From NCBI GenBank assembly GCA_937896225.1, contig CALBMZ010000063.1, positions 74,200 through 138,199 of the forward strand: 64,000 nucleotides of DNA, in the 5' to 3' direction. Origin of the DNA: an uncultured Alcaligenaceae bacterium (GTDB taxonomy: Bacteria > Pseudomonadota > Gammaproteobacteria > Burkholderiales > Burkholderiaceae_B). A model generated the notes under the pieces. The model had not been told where the DNA came from and ran no database searches. It was given only the letters and a program-made list of their open reading frames with translations. Position numbers and translations under genes: made by a program. Position 1 is the first letter of the stretch. Each line of letters begins with the position of its first letter. Of this stretch, positions 27,507-37,729 are shown in pieces.

Positions 27507-29129
27507 TTATTGGTTGGCCGTCATCATCATTTGTGCTGCTTTTTCAGCAATGACTAAAGTGGGTGAGTTGGTGTTACCAGAAGTTATGGTTGGCATAATT
27601 GAGGCATCGGCCACCCGCAAGCCTTTTAGGCCAATCACCCTTAATTCGGCATCAACCACAGCAGCCGCATCATGGCCCATTTTACAGGTGCCCACTGGGT
27701 GAAAAATAGTGGTGCCTAAATCACCCACCGCACGTTCAATTTCAGCGTCGGTATCAATATGGGCGCCCGGTTTAAACTCTTCTGGCCTAAAAGCTGCCAT
27801 GGCAGGCGCAGACAAAATACGTCGGGTTAAATGAATACTTTCAACTGCAACTAGTCGATCTTGAGCCGTTGATAAGTAGCGACAATCAATAGAAGGCGCC
27901 TGAGTTGGGTCAGCCGACATAATATTGACCTGACCACGACTTGTAGGTTGTAAGTTGCAAACCGATGCTGTGATGGCTGGAAAGTGATGTAAATTTTCGC
28001 CAAAGCGCTCTAGCGACAAGGGTTGAACATGGTACTGAAGGTTGGCGCGTGGTTGGCTTGGATTCGATTTTGTAAAAATACCCAACTGAGAAGGCGCCAT
28101 ACTCATGGGCCCCGTTCGACTTAACGCATACTCAAGTGCAATTTTGGCTTTACCCCAAACAGAATTTGCCATGGTGTTTAGGGTTTGAGTACCCTGCACT
28201 TTAAAAATGGTGCGCAACTGCAAATGGTCTTGTAGGTTTGCACCAACTCCCGGCAGTTCGTGCACCACATTAATTCCGTACGAGTTCAATAAAGCAGAAT
28301 CACCGACCCCTGACAATTGTAATAATTGGGGTGAACCAATAGCACCCGCCGCTAAAACAACTTCGTGGTGGGCTCGGGCATGACGTATATGTTTATCTTG
28401 ACTAAACTCAACCCCAACCGCTTGTCGCCCTTCAAAGATAACTCGATGCGTTTGAGCTCTTGTCAGGACAGTTAAGTTTTTTCGATGAGCAATCGGCTTA
28501 AGAAAAGCTTTAGACGTATTCCAACGCCAACCTTTTTTTTGGTTCACTTCAAAATAATCACTGCCTTCGTTGTTACCTTGATTAAAGTCGTTCACCATGG
28601 GAATGCCCACTTCAAGGGCAGCTTGCCTGAACGCATCAAGCACTTCCCAAGACAGCCTTTGACGATCGACTCGCCATGCCCCGCCGCTGCCATGAAAGTC
28701 ACTAGAACCAGCGTGGTGATCTTCCATGCCAATAAACAAGGGCAACATATCTTGCCAACCCCAGCCTTTGTTGCCTTGTGCCGCCCAACCGTCATAATCA
28801 GCACGTTGGCCACGCATATAGATCATGCCGTTTATTGAAGAACAGCCGCCTAACACCCGACCCCGCGGGTAACCGAGCGCCCGGCCGTTCAAACCTGGGT
28901 CAGCTTGCGTTTTAAAACACCAATCGGTCTTCGGATTGCCAATACAATATAGGTAACCAACGGGTATGTGGATCCAGTGGTAGTTATCAGACCCACCCGC
29001 TTCGAGCAGCAAGACACGTTTTGATGCATCGGCTGACAATCGGTTGGCGAGCAAACAACCCGCTGTACCCGCACCAACAACAATGTAGTCAAATTGCAAG
29101 GCTTGATCGGATACAAATGTACTGACCAT
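27507..29129 (-). CDS. GMC-family FAD oxidoreductase (choline/alcohol dehydrogenase-like)
   Basis: DYIVVGAGTAGCLLANRLS (GxGxxG) and a C-terminal HPVGTCKMG active-site region. The start is set at ATG 29129. The 42-codon upstream extension in the track looks non-coding. Confidence 0.92.
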   Translation of the reverse strand: MVSTFVSDQALQFDYIVVGAGTAGCLLANRLSADASKRVLLLEAGGSDNYHWIHIPVGYLYCIGNPKTDWCFKTQADPGLNGRALGYPRGRVLGGCSSINGMIYMRGQRADYDGWAAQGNKGWGWQDMLPLFIGMEDHHAGSSDFHGSGGAWRVDRQRLSWEVLDAFRQAALEVGIPMVNDFNQGNNEGSDYFEVNQKKGWRWNTSKAFLKPIAHRKNLTVLTRAQTHRVIFEGRQAVGVEFSQDKHIRHARAHHEVVLAAGAIGSPQLLQLSGVGDSALLNSYGINVVHELPGVGANLQDHLQLRTIFKVQGTQTLNTMANSVWGKAKIALEYALSRTGPMSMAPSQLGIFTKSNPSQPRANLQYHVQPLSLERFGENLHHFPAITASVCNLQPTSRGQVNIMSADPTQAPSIDCRYLSTAQDRLVAVESIHLTRRILSAPAMAAFRPEEFKPGAHIDTDAEIERAVGDLGTTIFHPVGTCKMGHDAAAVVDAELRVIGLKGLRVADASIMPTITSGNTNSPTLVIAEKAAQMMMTANQ

Positions 29130-29271
29130 GTCGATTGTTTTCCCTTGAACGGCGCAAATTAGGTATAAATACATATTACCGAAAATTTGCACCGTTATTG
29201 TTTGTTTTGTTAGCATACGCCCACAAGTTATATTACAAAAACCTTTGTGTCCCATTCTGTTTCTTTAGCTG

Positions 29272-30375
29272 ATGTCTATGACCGCCTCAAAACCAATCGA
29301 TTTTCAAATCACCCACACTTCACACGCAACGGCCCCTGAGAAGTTGGCACGGATTTTGGCTAACCCAGGGTTTGGGGTGCACTTTACTGACCACATGGTC
29401 ACGATTGACTGGACAGTTGAAAAAGGGTGGTACGACGCACGTGTCACGCCTTACGGCCCACTATCTCTTGACCCAGCCGCGTCAGTGTTGCACTACGCCC
29501 AAGAAATTTTCGAAGGCTTAAAAGCTTATCGTCATGCCGATGGCAGTGTGTGGGGGTTTAGGGTCGAATCAAATGCACGGCGTATGCAGCGTTCAGCCCA
29601 TCGATTGGCATTGCCAGAATTACCCGCTGCTGATTTCGTTGAGTCTATCAAACATTTTGTTCAAGCTGATGTAGCGTGGGTACCTTCGGCACCCGAAACC
29701 AGCTTATACCTGCGCCCGTTCATGATTTCAAATGAAAACTTTTTAGGGGTACGTGCCGCTAAAAAAGCCGTTTACTTCGTGATTGGCTCACCAGCTGGTG
29801 CTTACTTTAGCCAAGGTGTTGCGCCCGTCGCAATCTGGGTAACGCAAGATTTTGCTCGAGCCGCATACGGTGGCACAGGTGCTGCAAAATGTGGCGGTAA
29901 CTATGCGGCTTCATTATTACCGCAGCAAGAAGCCTCTGCACAGGGTTGCTCTCAAGTTTTGTTTTTAGATTCGCAAGAAAATAAGTATATTGAAGAACTT
30001 GGTGGCATGAATGTGTTTTTAGTTACCCGCGATCACACGCTGATTACGCCCGAATTGACTGGCAGCATATTAGAAGGCATCACCCGTGACAGCATCATCG
30101 CATTGGCTAAAGAGCGTGGCTTAAAGGTCATTGAGCGCAAAATTTCAATTGATGAATGGCGAGACGGCTTTGCCTCTGGCGACATTACCGAAGCCTTTGC
30201 TTGTGGCACGGCTGCTGTGGTGACCCCAATTGGCGCACTGAAAGGCCGTGACTTTACCGCGGGCGATATCAACAAACCAGCGGGTGAACTCACCATGTCT
30301 TTACGGCAGGCTTTGACTGATATTCAATATGGTCGCGCCCCTGACAGCCATGGTTGGTTAACGCGTTTAGCTTGA
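29272..30375 (+). CDS. ilvE: branched-chain amino acid aminotransferase
   Basis: 367 aa long-form class IV aminotransferase, with YAQEIFEGLKAYR, GTGAAKCGGNYA and EELGGMN motifs. Confidence 0.93.
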   Translation: MSMTASKPIDFQITHTSHATAPEKLARILANPGFGVHFTDHMVTIDWTVEKGWYDARVTPYGPLSLDPAASVLHYAQEIFEGLKAYRHADGSVWGFRVESNARRMQRSAHRLALPELPAADFVESIKHFVQADVAWVPSAPETSLYLRPFMISNENFLGVRAAKKAVYFVIGSPAGAYFSQGVAPVAIWVTQDFARAAYGGTGAAKCGGNYAASLLPQQEASAQGCSQVLFLDSQENKYIEELGGMNVFLVTRDHTLITPELTGSILEGITRDSIIALAKERGLKVIERKISIDEWRDGFASGDITEAFACGTAAVVTPIGALKGRDFTAGDINKPAGELTMSLRQALTDIQYGRAPDSHGWLTRLA

Positions 30376-30393
30376 CAACCTATTGAGTCAAAC

Positions 30394-31011
30394 ATGAAAC
30401 CTGCTATTTCTCGCTGGAATGAACGCTTCGCCTCAACCGATGATTATTTATTTGGCAAAGACCCCAATGCTTTTTTAGTTAAACATGCCACCCCTTTGAT
30501 CAAACCCAGTATGACCGTTTTAGCCATTGCTGATGGTGAAGGTCGCAACGGCGTATGGTTAGCCGAACAAGGTTGCAAAGTGTGGTCAATTGATAGCGCC
30601 CCCGCAGCCTCGGCCAAGGCACGCCTTCTTGCAAATGAGCGGGGCGTTAACCTACAAATTGAAACTGCAGACATTTCACAATGGCCCTGGCATGCGCAAC
30701 AATTTGACATGGTGGTTGGCATATTCTTTCAATTTGCTAACCCTGAGCTGCGTGCTGACATCTTTAAAGGCATGACCGCTGCCGTTAAACCCGGTGGGCA
30801 CCTTTTGATCGAAGGTTATGGCCTGAAGCAGTTGGAATACAAAACCGGCGGGCCCGACATACCCGAACACCTCTACACACTCGATCTAATGCGCAATTCA
30901 TTTGCAACGATGCGCATCGATGTGCTTGAAGAGTACGACGCCGAACTCGAAGAAGGCGATCGACATAAAGGAACGTCAGCGTTGGTTGATTTGGTGGCAG
31001 TAAAGGTTTGA
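30394..31011 (+). CDS. class I SAM-dependent methyltransferase
   Basis: Motif I-like VLAIADGEGRNGVWLA and a post-I acidic residue. The substrate is unknown. Confidence 0.75.
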   Translation: MKPAISRWNERFASTDDYLFGKDPNAFLVKHATPLIKPSMTVLAIADGEGRNGVWLAEQGCKVWSIDSAPAASAKARLLANERGVNLQIETADISQWPWHAQQFDMVVGIFFQFANPELRADIFKGMTAAVKPGGHLLIEGYGLKQLEYKTGGPDIPEHLYTLDLMRNSFATMRIDVLEEYDAELEEGDRHKGTSALVDLVAVKV

Positions 31012-31047
31012 CGTGAGTCGTTTGGGCAAGTGTAGTCAGCGTCGAAT

Positions 31048-31086
31048 AAAAAACACCAACTCTTAAACAAGCAGTTGGTGTTTTTT
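31048..31086. terminator. bidirectional rho-independent terminator
   Basis: A 9-bp stem ACACCAACT (31053-31061) / AGTTGGTGT (31073-31081) has an 11-nt loop. It is flanked by an A-run on the left and a T-run on the right, so either strand reads stem followed by a U-tract. It lies between the convergent methyltransferase and ssb genes. Confidence 0.8.
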
Positions 31087-31132
31087 GCGGCAAAACAATT
31101 TAGTCGCCGCTAAATTACGATCTAAAGGAAAC

Positions 31133-31642
31133 TTAAAACGGTATGTCGTCGTCTAAATCACCTAAGTTTGCACCACCGGCGGCGGGGGCAGCGGGGCGAG
31201 CGACTTGATTAGGACGGCTAGGGGGGGCGCTAGAACGGCCACCCGAACCACCACCTGAACCGCCTTCATAATGCGCTGGCGGTTCGCCGCTATCACCCGA
31301 GCCACCGTCACGACCACCCAACATTTGCATTTGATCAGCGACCACTTCAGTGGTGTACTGGTCAACACCTTCTTTGTTTTGCCATTTACGGGTGCGCAGA
31401 CGGCCCTCAACATACATAGGGCGACCCTTGCGCATGTATTCGCCGACAACTTCGGCTAAACGACCGTAAAACACGATACGGTGCCATTCGGTTTCTTCAC
31501 GACGCTCACCACTGGTTTTATCTTTCCAACTGCTGGTGGTTGCAATCGAAACGTTGCATAAAGCAGCCCCTTCTGGGCTGTAACGAACCTCAGGGTCGCG
31601 CCCCAAGTTGCCTACCAAAATAACTTTATTGACCGATGCCAT
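31133..31642 (-). CDS. ssb: single-stranded DNA-binding protein
   Basis: OB-fold N-terminus [21 protein letters not shown], a Gly-rich linker and the C-terminal DDDIPF tip. Confidence 0.97.
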   Translation of the reverse strand: MASVNKVILVGNLGRDPEVRYSPEGAALCNVSIATTSSWKDKTSGERREETEWHRIVFYGRLAEVVGEYMRKGRPMYVEGRLRTRKWQNKEGVDQYTTEVVADQMQMLGGRDGGSGDSGEPPAHYEGGSGGGSGGRSSAPPSRPNQVARPAAPAAGGANLGDLDDDIPF

Positions 31643-31757
31643 GCCGATCTCCGAAAAATGAGTGATTTAAATAAAACGAGCCAATCGGCCCAACGGTTTG
31701 CCATGGTGCGTGAGTGTTTCGCCTGTGACCAGTCGGGTTGCTACGTATTGTCATAGT

Positions 31758-32981
31758 TTACGGCACGATACTCGGTTCAGCCATAGGCATTGAACGTTCG
31801 GGCATATTGACGTGTAAACCCCAGGTCGCAAACAACCAAACCGCACAAATAGCCGTCAACCCCCAAAATACCGTTTGCACCCCTTGATTCTGAGATACCC
31901 AACCGCCCAAAACGCCCCCAAAAAACAAGCCGAAAGCCTGTGTGGTGTTATAAAGCCCTAAGGCCAAACCCTTTAAATGAGGTGGTGCTACACGAGAGAC
32001 TAGTGAAGGCTGTAACGCTTCTAAAACATTAAAAAACACAAAAAACAATGTCAGGCATATCAGTAAAGGCCACCAAGTCTGCGCCGTTAAGGCAAAGCCG
32101 GCACCAACCAAAACCAAACCCAACACCGCCCAACGCAGCGTTAAAGTGTGCGTACGACGCTTTTCTGTCACAAAAATAATCGGCACCATTAACAAAAACG
32201 ATATAAAAATTACCGGTAAGTAAACTTTCCACAAACCTTCTGTCGAAATGTGACCCAGCTTAAGCAGCAAAGGTGGCACCACTACAAACAACGCCACTTG
32301 GGTTAAATGCAAACAAAAAACACCTACATTTAAGCGAAACAGACCGCCATTTTTAATCACATCAATCGCGCGGGCTGACGACATACCTGCCTCGGCACGC
32401 GGCACCACGGGTATGACAAAAGCTGCCACCCCAATGGCCACCACACCCAGCGCGGCAATCACCCAAAACAGCCCTGACAACCCCCCAAAACCAACGATTA
32501 AAGGGGACAGTACCAGCGATAAAGCAAAAGACAAACCAATTGAAGCCCCCACCATTGCCATGGCGCGCGTACGCACCTCGGGGCGAGTCGCATCGGCCAA
32601 CCATGCGGTGACGGCAGCAGATATTGCACCAGCGCCTTGAATGGCACGACCAATAGTGACCCACTCAATGGTGGAAGATTGTGCACAAATCACGCTACCC
32701 AGCACAAATAAAATGAGGCCAAATAAGACCACAGGGCGACGACCAAACTTGTCAGAAGCCATACCAAACGGTATTTGCATAAAAGCTTGAGTCAAGCCAT
32801 ACATGCCCAGAGCCAAACCCACTTTAGCGGGGTCGTTGCCGCCTTGCAGGCTTTGTGCAGCCACCGCAAAAACTGGTAACAACAAAAATAGGCCCAACAT
32901 ACGGGCTGCGAACAGGCCCGCCAGTGAAAAACTTGCACGGCGCTCAGCAGGGTTTAAGGCAAGTCGAACTTCTTTTGTCAT
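31758..32981 (-). CDS. MFS transporter
   Basis: 407 aa with about 12 hydrophobic segments and the MFS loop motif GMASDKFGRRP. Confidence 0.88.
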   Translation of the reverse strand: MTKEVRLALNPAERRASFSLAGLFAARMLGLFLLLPVFAVAAQSLQGGNDPAKVGLALGMYGLTQAFMQIPFGMASDKFGRRPVVLFGLILFVLGSVICAQSSTIEWVTIGRAIQGAGAISAAVTAWLADATRPEVRTRAMAMVGASIGLSFALSLVLSPLIVGFGGLSGLFWVIAALGVVAIGVAAFVIPVVPRAEAGMSSARAIDVIKNGGLFRLNVGVFCLHLTQVALFVVVPPLLLKLGHISTEGLWKVYLPVIFISFLLMVPIIFVTEKRRTHTLTLRWAVLGLVLVGAGFALTAQTWWPLLICLTLFFVFFNVLEALQPSLVSRVAPPHLKGLALGLYNTTQAFGLFFGGVLGGWVSQNQGVQTVFWGLTAICAVWLFATWGLHVNMPERSMPMAEPSIVP

Positions 32982-33118
32982 ATTTAAAATTAAGATTCGT
33001 TGCTGTTAAGGGCAAATGACCCTTCAAATTGATGGTGTCAACGCATCGACATCACAAGTTGCCGCGTTATAGTAACAAGTTACCCTCTAGCCTAGCAATT
33101 CTAACGGCGTCACCCCTT

Positions 33119-35941
33119 ATGAGCTTTATACGTATTCGCGGTGCCCGCACCCACAACCTAAAGAACTTGTCGCTTGACTTACCCAAGCATAAGTTGGTGG
33201 TTTTGACGGGCTTATCAGGTTCAGGTAAATCGTCGTTGGCTTTTGACACGCTATATGCTGAGGGTCAAAGACGCTATGTTGAAAGTTTGTCAGCTTACGC
33301 ACGTCAATTTCTTGATCAAATGGAGAAACCCGACGTCGATTTAATCGAAGGGTTATCACCCGCCATTTCAATTGAACAAAAATCAGCCGGCCACAACCCT
33401 CGCTCAACCGTGGGCACCAGCACTGAAATTCACGATTATCTTCGTTTACTTTATGCCCGTGTCGGCATACCAGTTTGCCCCACCCATCACATACCCCTCA
33501 TCGCCCAAAGTGTCAGCCAAGTGGTTGACGCATTGTTAGCATGGCCCGACCAGACCCGCATTGCGATTTTGTCACCGATCGGTCAAATACCTGCCGTCGA
33601 ATTGAAATCACGCTTTCAAGGGCTGCAGTCGCAAGGTTTTGTTCGACTGCGCGTCAATGGTGACATGCACGATATTGATGTACCACTGACTTCTCTCACA
33701 GCTGAAACGTTTGAAGTAGAAGTCGTCATCGACCGTCTACGCATTCGTCCAGATAGCAAAAGCCGATTAGCCGACAGCATTGAAACTGCCAACAAATTGT
33801 CTAATGGGCGAGTCAATGTACTCAACATGGACAGTAACCAAACACAGCCTTTTTCAAGTCACTTTTCTTGCCCCATTTGCCACCACAGCGTACCTGATTT
33901 AGAGCCTAAGTTCTTTAGTTTCAACAGTCCAAGTGGTGCCTGCCAGAGCTGTGATGGTCTGGGTCATATCGACATTTTTGACCTCAACCGCGTGGTAGCG
34001 TTTCCCGAGCAAAGCCTGAAAGCAGGCGCCATCAAAGGTTGGGACGCTCGGAACGCTTTCACGTTTTCCATACTCAGTAGTTTGGCGACCCATTATGGGT
34101 TTGACCTTGAAACCCCTTGGCAAGACTTACCTGAAACTGTTCATCGCGTTATTTTGCAGGGTTCTGGCACAGTTGAAATACCTTTTTTCTACCTTCAAGA
34201 AAATGGTCAAAGTTCAGTCAAACGCCATACCTTTGAAGGCGTTATGCCTAATTTAGAACGACGTTATCGTGAGTCAGTACTAGGCGCTGTTCGCGAAGAA
34301 CTCAACAAGCAAAGGGTGCAAATCGTATGCCCTGATTGCGAGGGCTCACGTATTGGTAGCGTGGCACGCAATGTGTTGATTGCAGATCATGCCATTTACC
34401 AAGTCGAAGCCATGTCACTTTCAAAATGCTTGCAATGGTTTGAAGCGCTTGCCTTAACGGGCGCACGTCAAGAAATTGCTGATCGCATTGTGAAAGAAAT
34501 TAGCTCACGCCTTAAATTTCTAAATAATGTTGGGCTCACTTATCTTTCATTAGACAGACGAGCCGACACCATCTCTGGAGGCGAGGCACAACGCATTCGG
34601 TTGGCCAGTCAAATTGGCTCAGGGTTAACCGGTGTGATGTACGTTTTAGACGAACCCTCAATCGGTCTTCACCAGCGCGATAACGATCGTTTAATTCATA
34701 CCTTACAGCACTTACGTGACTTGGGTAACAGCGTCATCGTCGTCGAGCACGACGATGACATGATTCGCCAGGCTGACTGGGTCATTGACATGGGTCCTGG
34801 GGCAGGGGAGCACGGTGGTTATATCGTGGCGCAAGGCACCCCTGACGACATTTGTAACCACCCTGATTCCATAACAGGCCAATACCTAAGCGGTAAACGC
34901 AATATTCAAAGTGCACAATATCGCCCCGTCACAGATGAAACATTACGACTCGAACTACTCGGCTGCACAGGCAACAACTTAAAAAATGTTGATTTACGAG
35001 TACCTGTGGGTCGCTTTGTTTGCATCACGGGTGTCTCAGGTTCTGGCAAGTCAACGTTAATTAACGACACCCTCGCAGTTGCCATGTCGCGCGCCTTGCA
35101 TCGTGCACACGCCGAACCGGCACCCTTCACAGATATACGCAATCTCAATTTGTTTGACAAAATCATCACTGTTGATCAAAGCCCAATCGGTCGTACCCCT
35201 CGTAGCAACCCAGCCACTTACACTGGCCTATTTACACCGATGCGCGAGCTTTTTGCAGAGGTGCCTGAAGCTAAAATTCGTGGTTACGACCCAGGGCGTT
35301 TTAGTTTTAACGTCAAAGGCGGTCGTTGCGAAAGTTGCCAAGGCGATGGCATGGTTAAAGTTGAAATGCATTTTTTACCTGATGTGTACGTCATGTGTGA
35401 CGCCTGTCAGGGCAAACGATACAACCGAGAAACTTTAGAAATTCGTTACCGTGGGCTTAACATTCACGACGTACTTGAACTCAACGTTGAGCAAGCCCTA
35501 GCATTTTTTGAAGCGGTGCCCGCCATACAACGTAAGCTACAGACCCTGCTTGATGTGGGCTTATCTTACATACGTCTTGGTCAAAGTGCCACCACCCTAT
35601 CAGGTGGTGAGGCCCAACGCGTCAAACTATCGCTTGAATTGTCTAAACGCAGTACAGGACAAACCCTTTTCATTCTTGATGAGCCCACGACGGGGCTACA
35701 TTTTCAAGACATTTCTATGTTGTTGAATGTTCTAGATCAATTGGTTGCAGCAGGCAACACCGTTGTCGTGATTGAACACAATCTAGACGTCATTAAAACG
35801 GCTGATTGGGTTATTGACTTAGGGCCAGAAGGCGGCGATGGGGGCGGGCAAATTATCGCTCAAGGCCCACCCAAAAAAATAGCCAAGACTGCAGTAAGTT
35901 TTACAGGGCAATACTTGAAAAAATTATTTAAAACCAGCTAA
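33119..35941 (+). CDS. uvrA: excinuclease ABC subunit A
   Basis: [17 protein letters not shown] start, two ABC modules ([22 protein letters not shown]), LSGGE signatures and Cys4 zinc modules. The start is chosen at ATG 33119. The track ORF extends 30 codons upstream. Confidence 0.97.
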   Translation: MSFIRIRGARTHNLKNLSLDLPKHKLVVLTGLSGSGKSSLAFDTLYAEGQRRYVESLSAYARQFLDQMEKPDVDLIEGLSPAISIEQKSAGHNPRSTVGTSTEIHDYLRLLYARVGIPVCPTHHIPLIAQSVSQVVDALLAWPDQTRIAILSPIGQIPAVELKSRFQGLQSQGFVRLRVNGDMHDIDVPLTSLTAETFEVEVVIDRLRIRPDSKSRLADSIETANKLSNGRVNVLNMDSNQTQPFSSHFSCPICHHSVPDLEPKFFSFNSPSGACQSCDGLGHIDIFDLNRVVAFPEQSLKAGAIKGWDARNAFTFSILSSLATHYGFDLETPWQDLPETVHRVILQGSGTVEIPFFYLQENGQSSVKRHTFEGVMPNLERRYRESVLGAVREELNKQRVQIVCPDCEGSRIGSVARNVLIADHAIYQVEAMSLSKCLQWFEALALTGARQEIADRIVKEISSRLKFLNNVGLTYLSLDRRADTISGGEAQRIRLASQIGSGLTGVMYVLDEPSIGLHQRDNDRLIHTLQHLRDLGNSVIVVEHDDDMIRQADWVIDMGPGAGEHGGYIVAQGTPDDICNHPDSITGQYLSGKRNIQSAQYRPVTDETLRLELLGCTGNNLKNVDLRVPVGRFVCITGVSGSGKSTLINDTLAVAMSRALHRAHAEPAPFTDIRNLNLFDKIITVDQSPIGRTPRSNPATYTGLFTPMRELFAEVPEAKIRGYDPGRFSFNVKGGRCESCQGDGMVKVEMHFLPDVYVMCDACQGKRYNRETLEIRYRGLNIHDVLELNVEQALAFFEAVPAIQRKLQTLLDVGLSYIRLGQSATTLSGGEAQRVKLSLELSKRSTGQTLFILDEPTTGLHFQDISMLLNVLDQLVAAGNTVVVIEHNLDVIKTADWVIDLGPEGGDGGGQIIAQGPPKKIAKTAVSFTGQYLKKLFKTS

Positions 35942-36580
35942 CCTTGCTGCATCAGCAGCCGGGTTCAAGCAGGTTGAACTGGCTGAGACAGGTATCGCAC
36001 TTTGGCATGTTTGATATTGCTCAAACGACTTTAAATCAGCAGGTTGATCTAATTGTAAAGATGCCAGCACAGGGCTTTTGTCTGACCAAAAAGCCCATTT
36101 CGTATCGATTTGACTGGCGCGGCTACACATGCCTAAGTTTTGATCATTACAGGCTTTGACAACAGCTTTCAGCGCTGAAGCCGCATCGATGTAACCACAC
36201 ACAACCGCTTCACCACGGTTCACGCCGCCTTGCTCAACCGTTCCTTGTTCAACTGACAGATAAGCTAACCAACCTGGGGCACAAGTTGAATGAATATTGC
36301 CTGCAGAAGTTGTTTGATTTTGAGTGGCTACAAACAACAAACGACATCCACCGCCACGCGACATGGTTTTACAAACTTGAACTATAGATAGAACTTTAGT
36401 GGGCTGTGCAGACACAGTTTGAGCCATGACGGGCAGTGCAACCAAAGCGCTAGCAATCAAAAACATTCCCATTGCGCAGGCACGCGCTTGGCTCAACAGT
36501 TGCATAGACTTTTTGAATGACATCAAGAAAGTACTGACATGAACACTTGTATTGAAATTGATCTTTGTATGTGTAGTCAT
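35924..36580 (-). CDS. hypothetical secreted cysteine-rich protein
   Basis: Has a hydrophobic signal-like segment ([19 protein letters not shown]) and 8 Cys in the predicted mature part. I recognised no family with confidence. ATG 36580 follows the dGTPase-like TAA directly and has AAGGG upstream. ATG 36523 and ATG 36505 are alternatives. The 3' end overlaps uvrA by 18 nt. Confidence 0.55.
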   Translation of the reverse strand: MTTHTKINFNTSVHVSTFLMSFKKSMQLLSQARACAMGMFLIASALVALPVMAQTVSAQPTKVLSIVQVCKTMSRGGGCRLLFVATQNQTTSAGNIHSTCAPGWLAYLSVEQGTVEQGGVNRGEAVVCGYIDAASALKAVVKACNDQNLGMCSRASQIDTKWAFWSDKSPVLASLQLDQPADLKSFEQYQTCQSAIPVSASSTCLNPAADAARLAGFK

Positions 36581-37717
36581 TTAAAACCCTTCTTCAATTT
36601 GAAATAACCGACGATATTCTTGTACAGCATATCGATCAGTCATGCCGGCCACATAATCAGAAATGGCTCGAGCTTGCTCGTTGTGGCCCTCTCTTCGATA
36701 ATCTTCGGGCAAAAGCTGAGGCTGATCTAGAAACGCTTCAAATAACGCTCGCACAATTCGTTGCGCTTTGGTCATCATCCGCAATACACGATGATGACGA
36801 TAAAGATTTTTTAATAAAAACTTTTTAAGCTGGTTCGCTTCAGCCCGCATCTCAGGGGAAAACCTTACCAGTGGTTCACATTGTCGCGCCACATTCGCAT
36901 TAACTGGGTTGGCCAGTTGAATGCGCTCAGCGGTTGTGCGGGTGAGATCAGTAATTAAGGTGTTAATCATTTGACGTATGCTTTCAGACACCAGGCGACG
37001 CTCTTCAACATCAGGCCAACGGTGCCGCACTGACTCATAATGGCGTACGAAAAAAGGAACTTCCATTAATTGAGTCAACGTAATTAAACCTGACCGTAAA
37101 CCGTCATCAATATCATGATTATTGTAGGCAATCTCATCGGCTAAGTTTGCCAACTGTGCCTCAATAGAAGGCTGTGTTCGATTGATAAACCGCTGCCCCA
37201 CATCACCCAATTGTTTGGCATGATTCAGCGAACAATGCTTCAATATACCTTCACGTGTTTCAAACGTTAAATTTAAACCATCAAACCCGGGGTAACGTTC
37301 TTCGAGCGTATCAACCACCCGCAAGCTTTGCAAATTGTGTTCAAAACCACCCGCCTCAGGGGCATGTTGTGCCATGCAAGCGTTCAGTTCATCTTGGCCT
37401 GCATGACCAAAAGGTGTATGGCCTAAATCGTGCGCCAGGGCAATCGCCTCGGTTAGGTCTTCATCCAGCAGCAAACTGCGAGCCAACACACGCGCAATTT
37501 GTGCTACCTCAAGCGAATGGGTTAACCGTGTTCGGAACCAGTCACCCTCATGGTTAATAAACACTTGTGTTTTGTATTCCAACCGTCTAAAAGCATTGGC
37601 ATGAATAATACGATCTCGATCACGTTGATATTCCGTGCGATTTGCAGGCGGCGCCTCGGGGAAACGACGACCCCGTGAATGCTGAGGGTCACTGGCATAG
37701 GGCGCGCGAAGCGTCAT
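36581..37717 (-). CDS. dgt: dGTP triphosphohydrolase-like HD-domain protein
   Basis: Carries HSLEVAQI and [10 protein letters not shown] motifs. The length, about 378 aa, is typical of the Dgt-like subfamily. Confidence 0.9.
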   Translation of the reverse strand: MTLRAPYASDPQHSRGRRFPEAPPANRTEYQRDRDRIIHANAFRRLEYKTQVFINHEGDWFRTRLTHSLEVAQIARVLARSLLLDEDLTEAIALAHDLGHTPFGHAGQDELNACMAQHAPEAGGFEHNLQSLRVVDTLEERYPGFDGLNLTFETREGILKHCSLNHAKQLGDVGQRFINRTQPSIEAQLANLADEIAYNNHDIDDGLRSGLITLTQLMEVPFFVRHYESVRHRWPDVEERRLVSESIRQMINTLITDLTRTTAERIQLANPVNANVARQCEPLVRFSPEMRAEANQLKKFLLKNLYRHHRVLRMMTKAQRIVRALFEAFLDQPQLLPEDYRREGHNEQARAISDYVAGMTDRYAVQEYRRLFQIEEGF

Positions 37718-37729
37718 GAAGATTCCCCC

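Noticed and set aside
29130-29255. 42-codon N-terminal extension of the GMC oxidoreductase ORF in the track.
   Set aside because: The FAD-binding GxGxxG fold begins about 15 residues after Met43 (ATG 29129). The extension is Cys/Ile/Tyr-rich, lies in the divergent ilvE promoter region, and looks non-coding.
32982-33118. Searched the uvrA/MFS divergent region, and the ssb upstream region at 31643-31757, for SOS boxes (CTGT-N8-ACAG).
   Set aside because: CTGT occurrences in these regions (for example ctgttaagggca and ctgtgaccagtc) are not followed by ACAG at the right spacing. No LexA operator can be supported.
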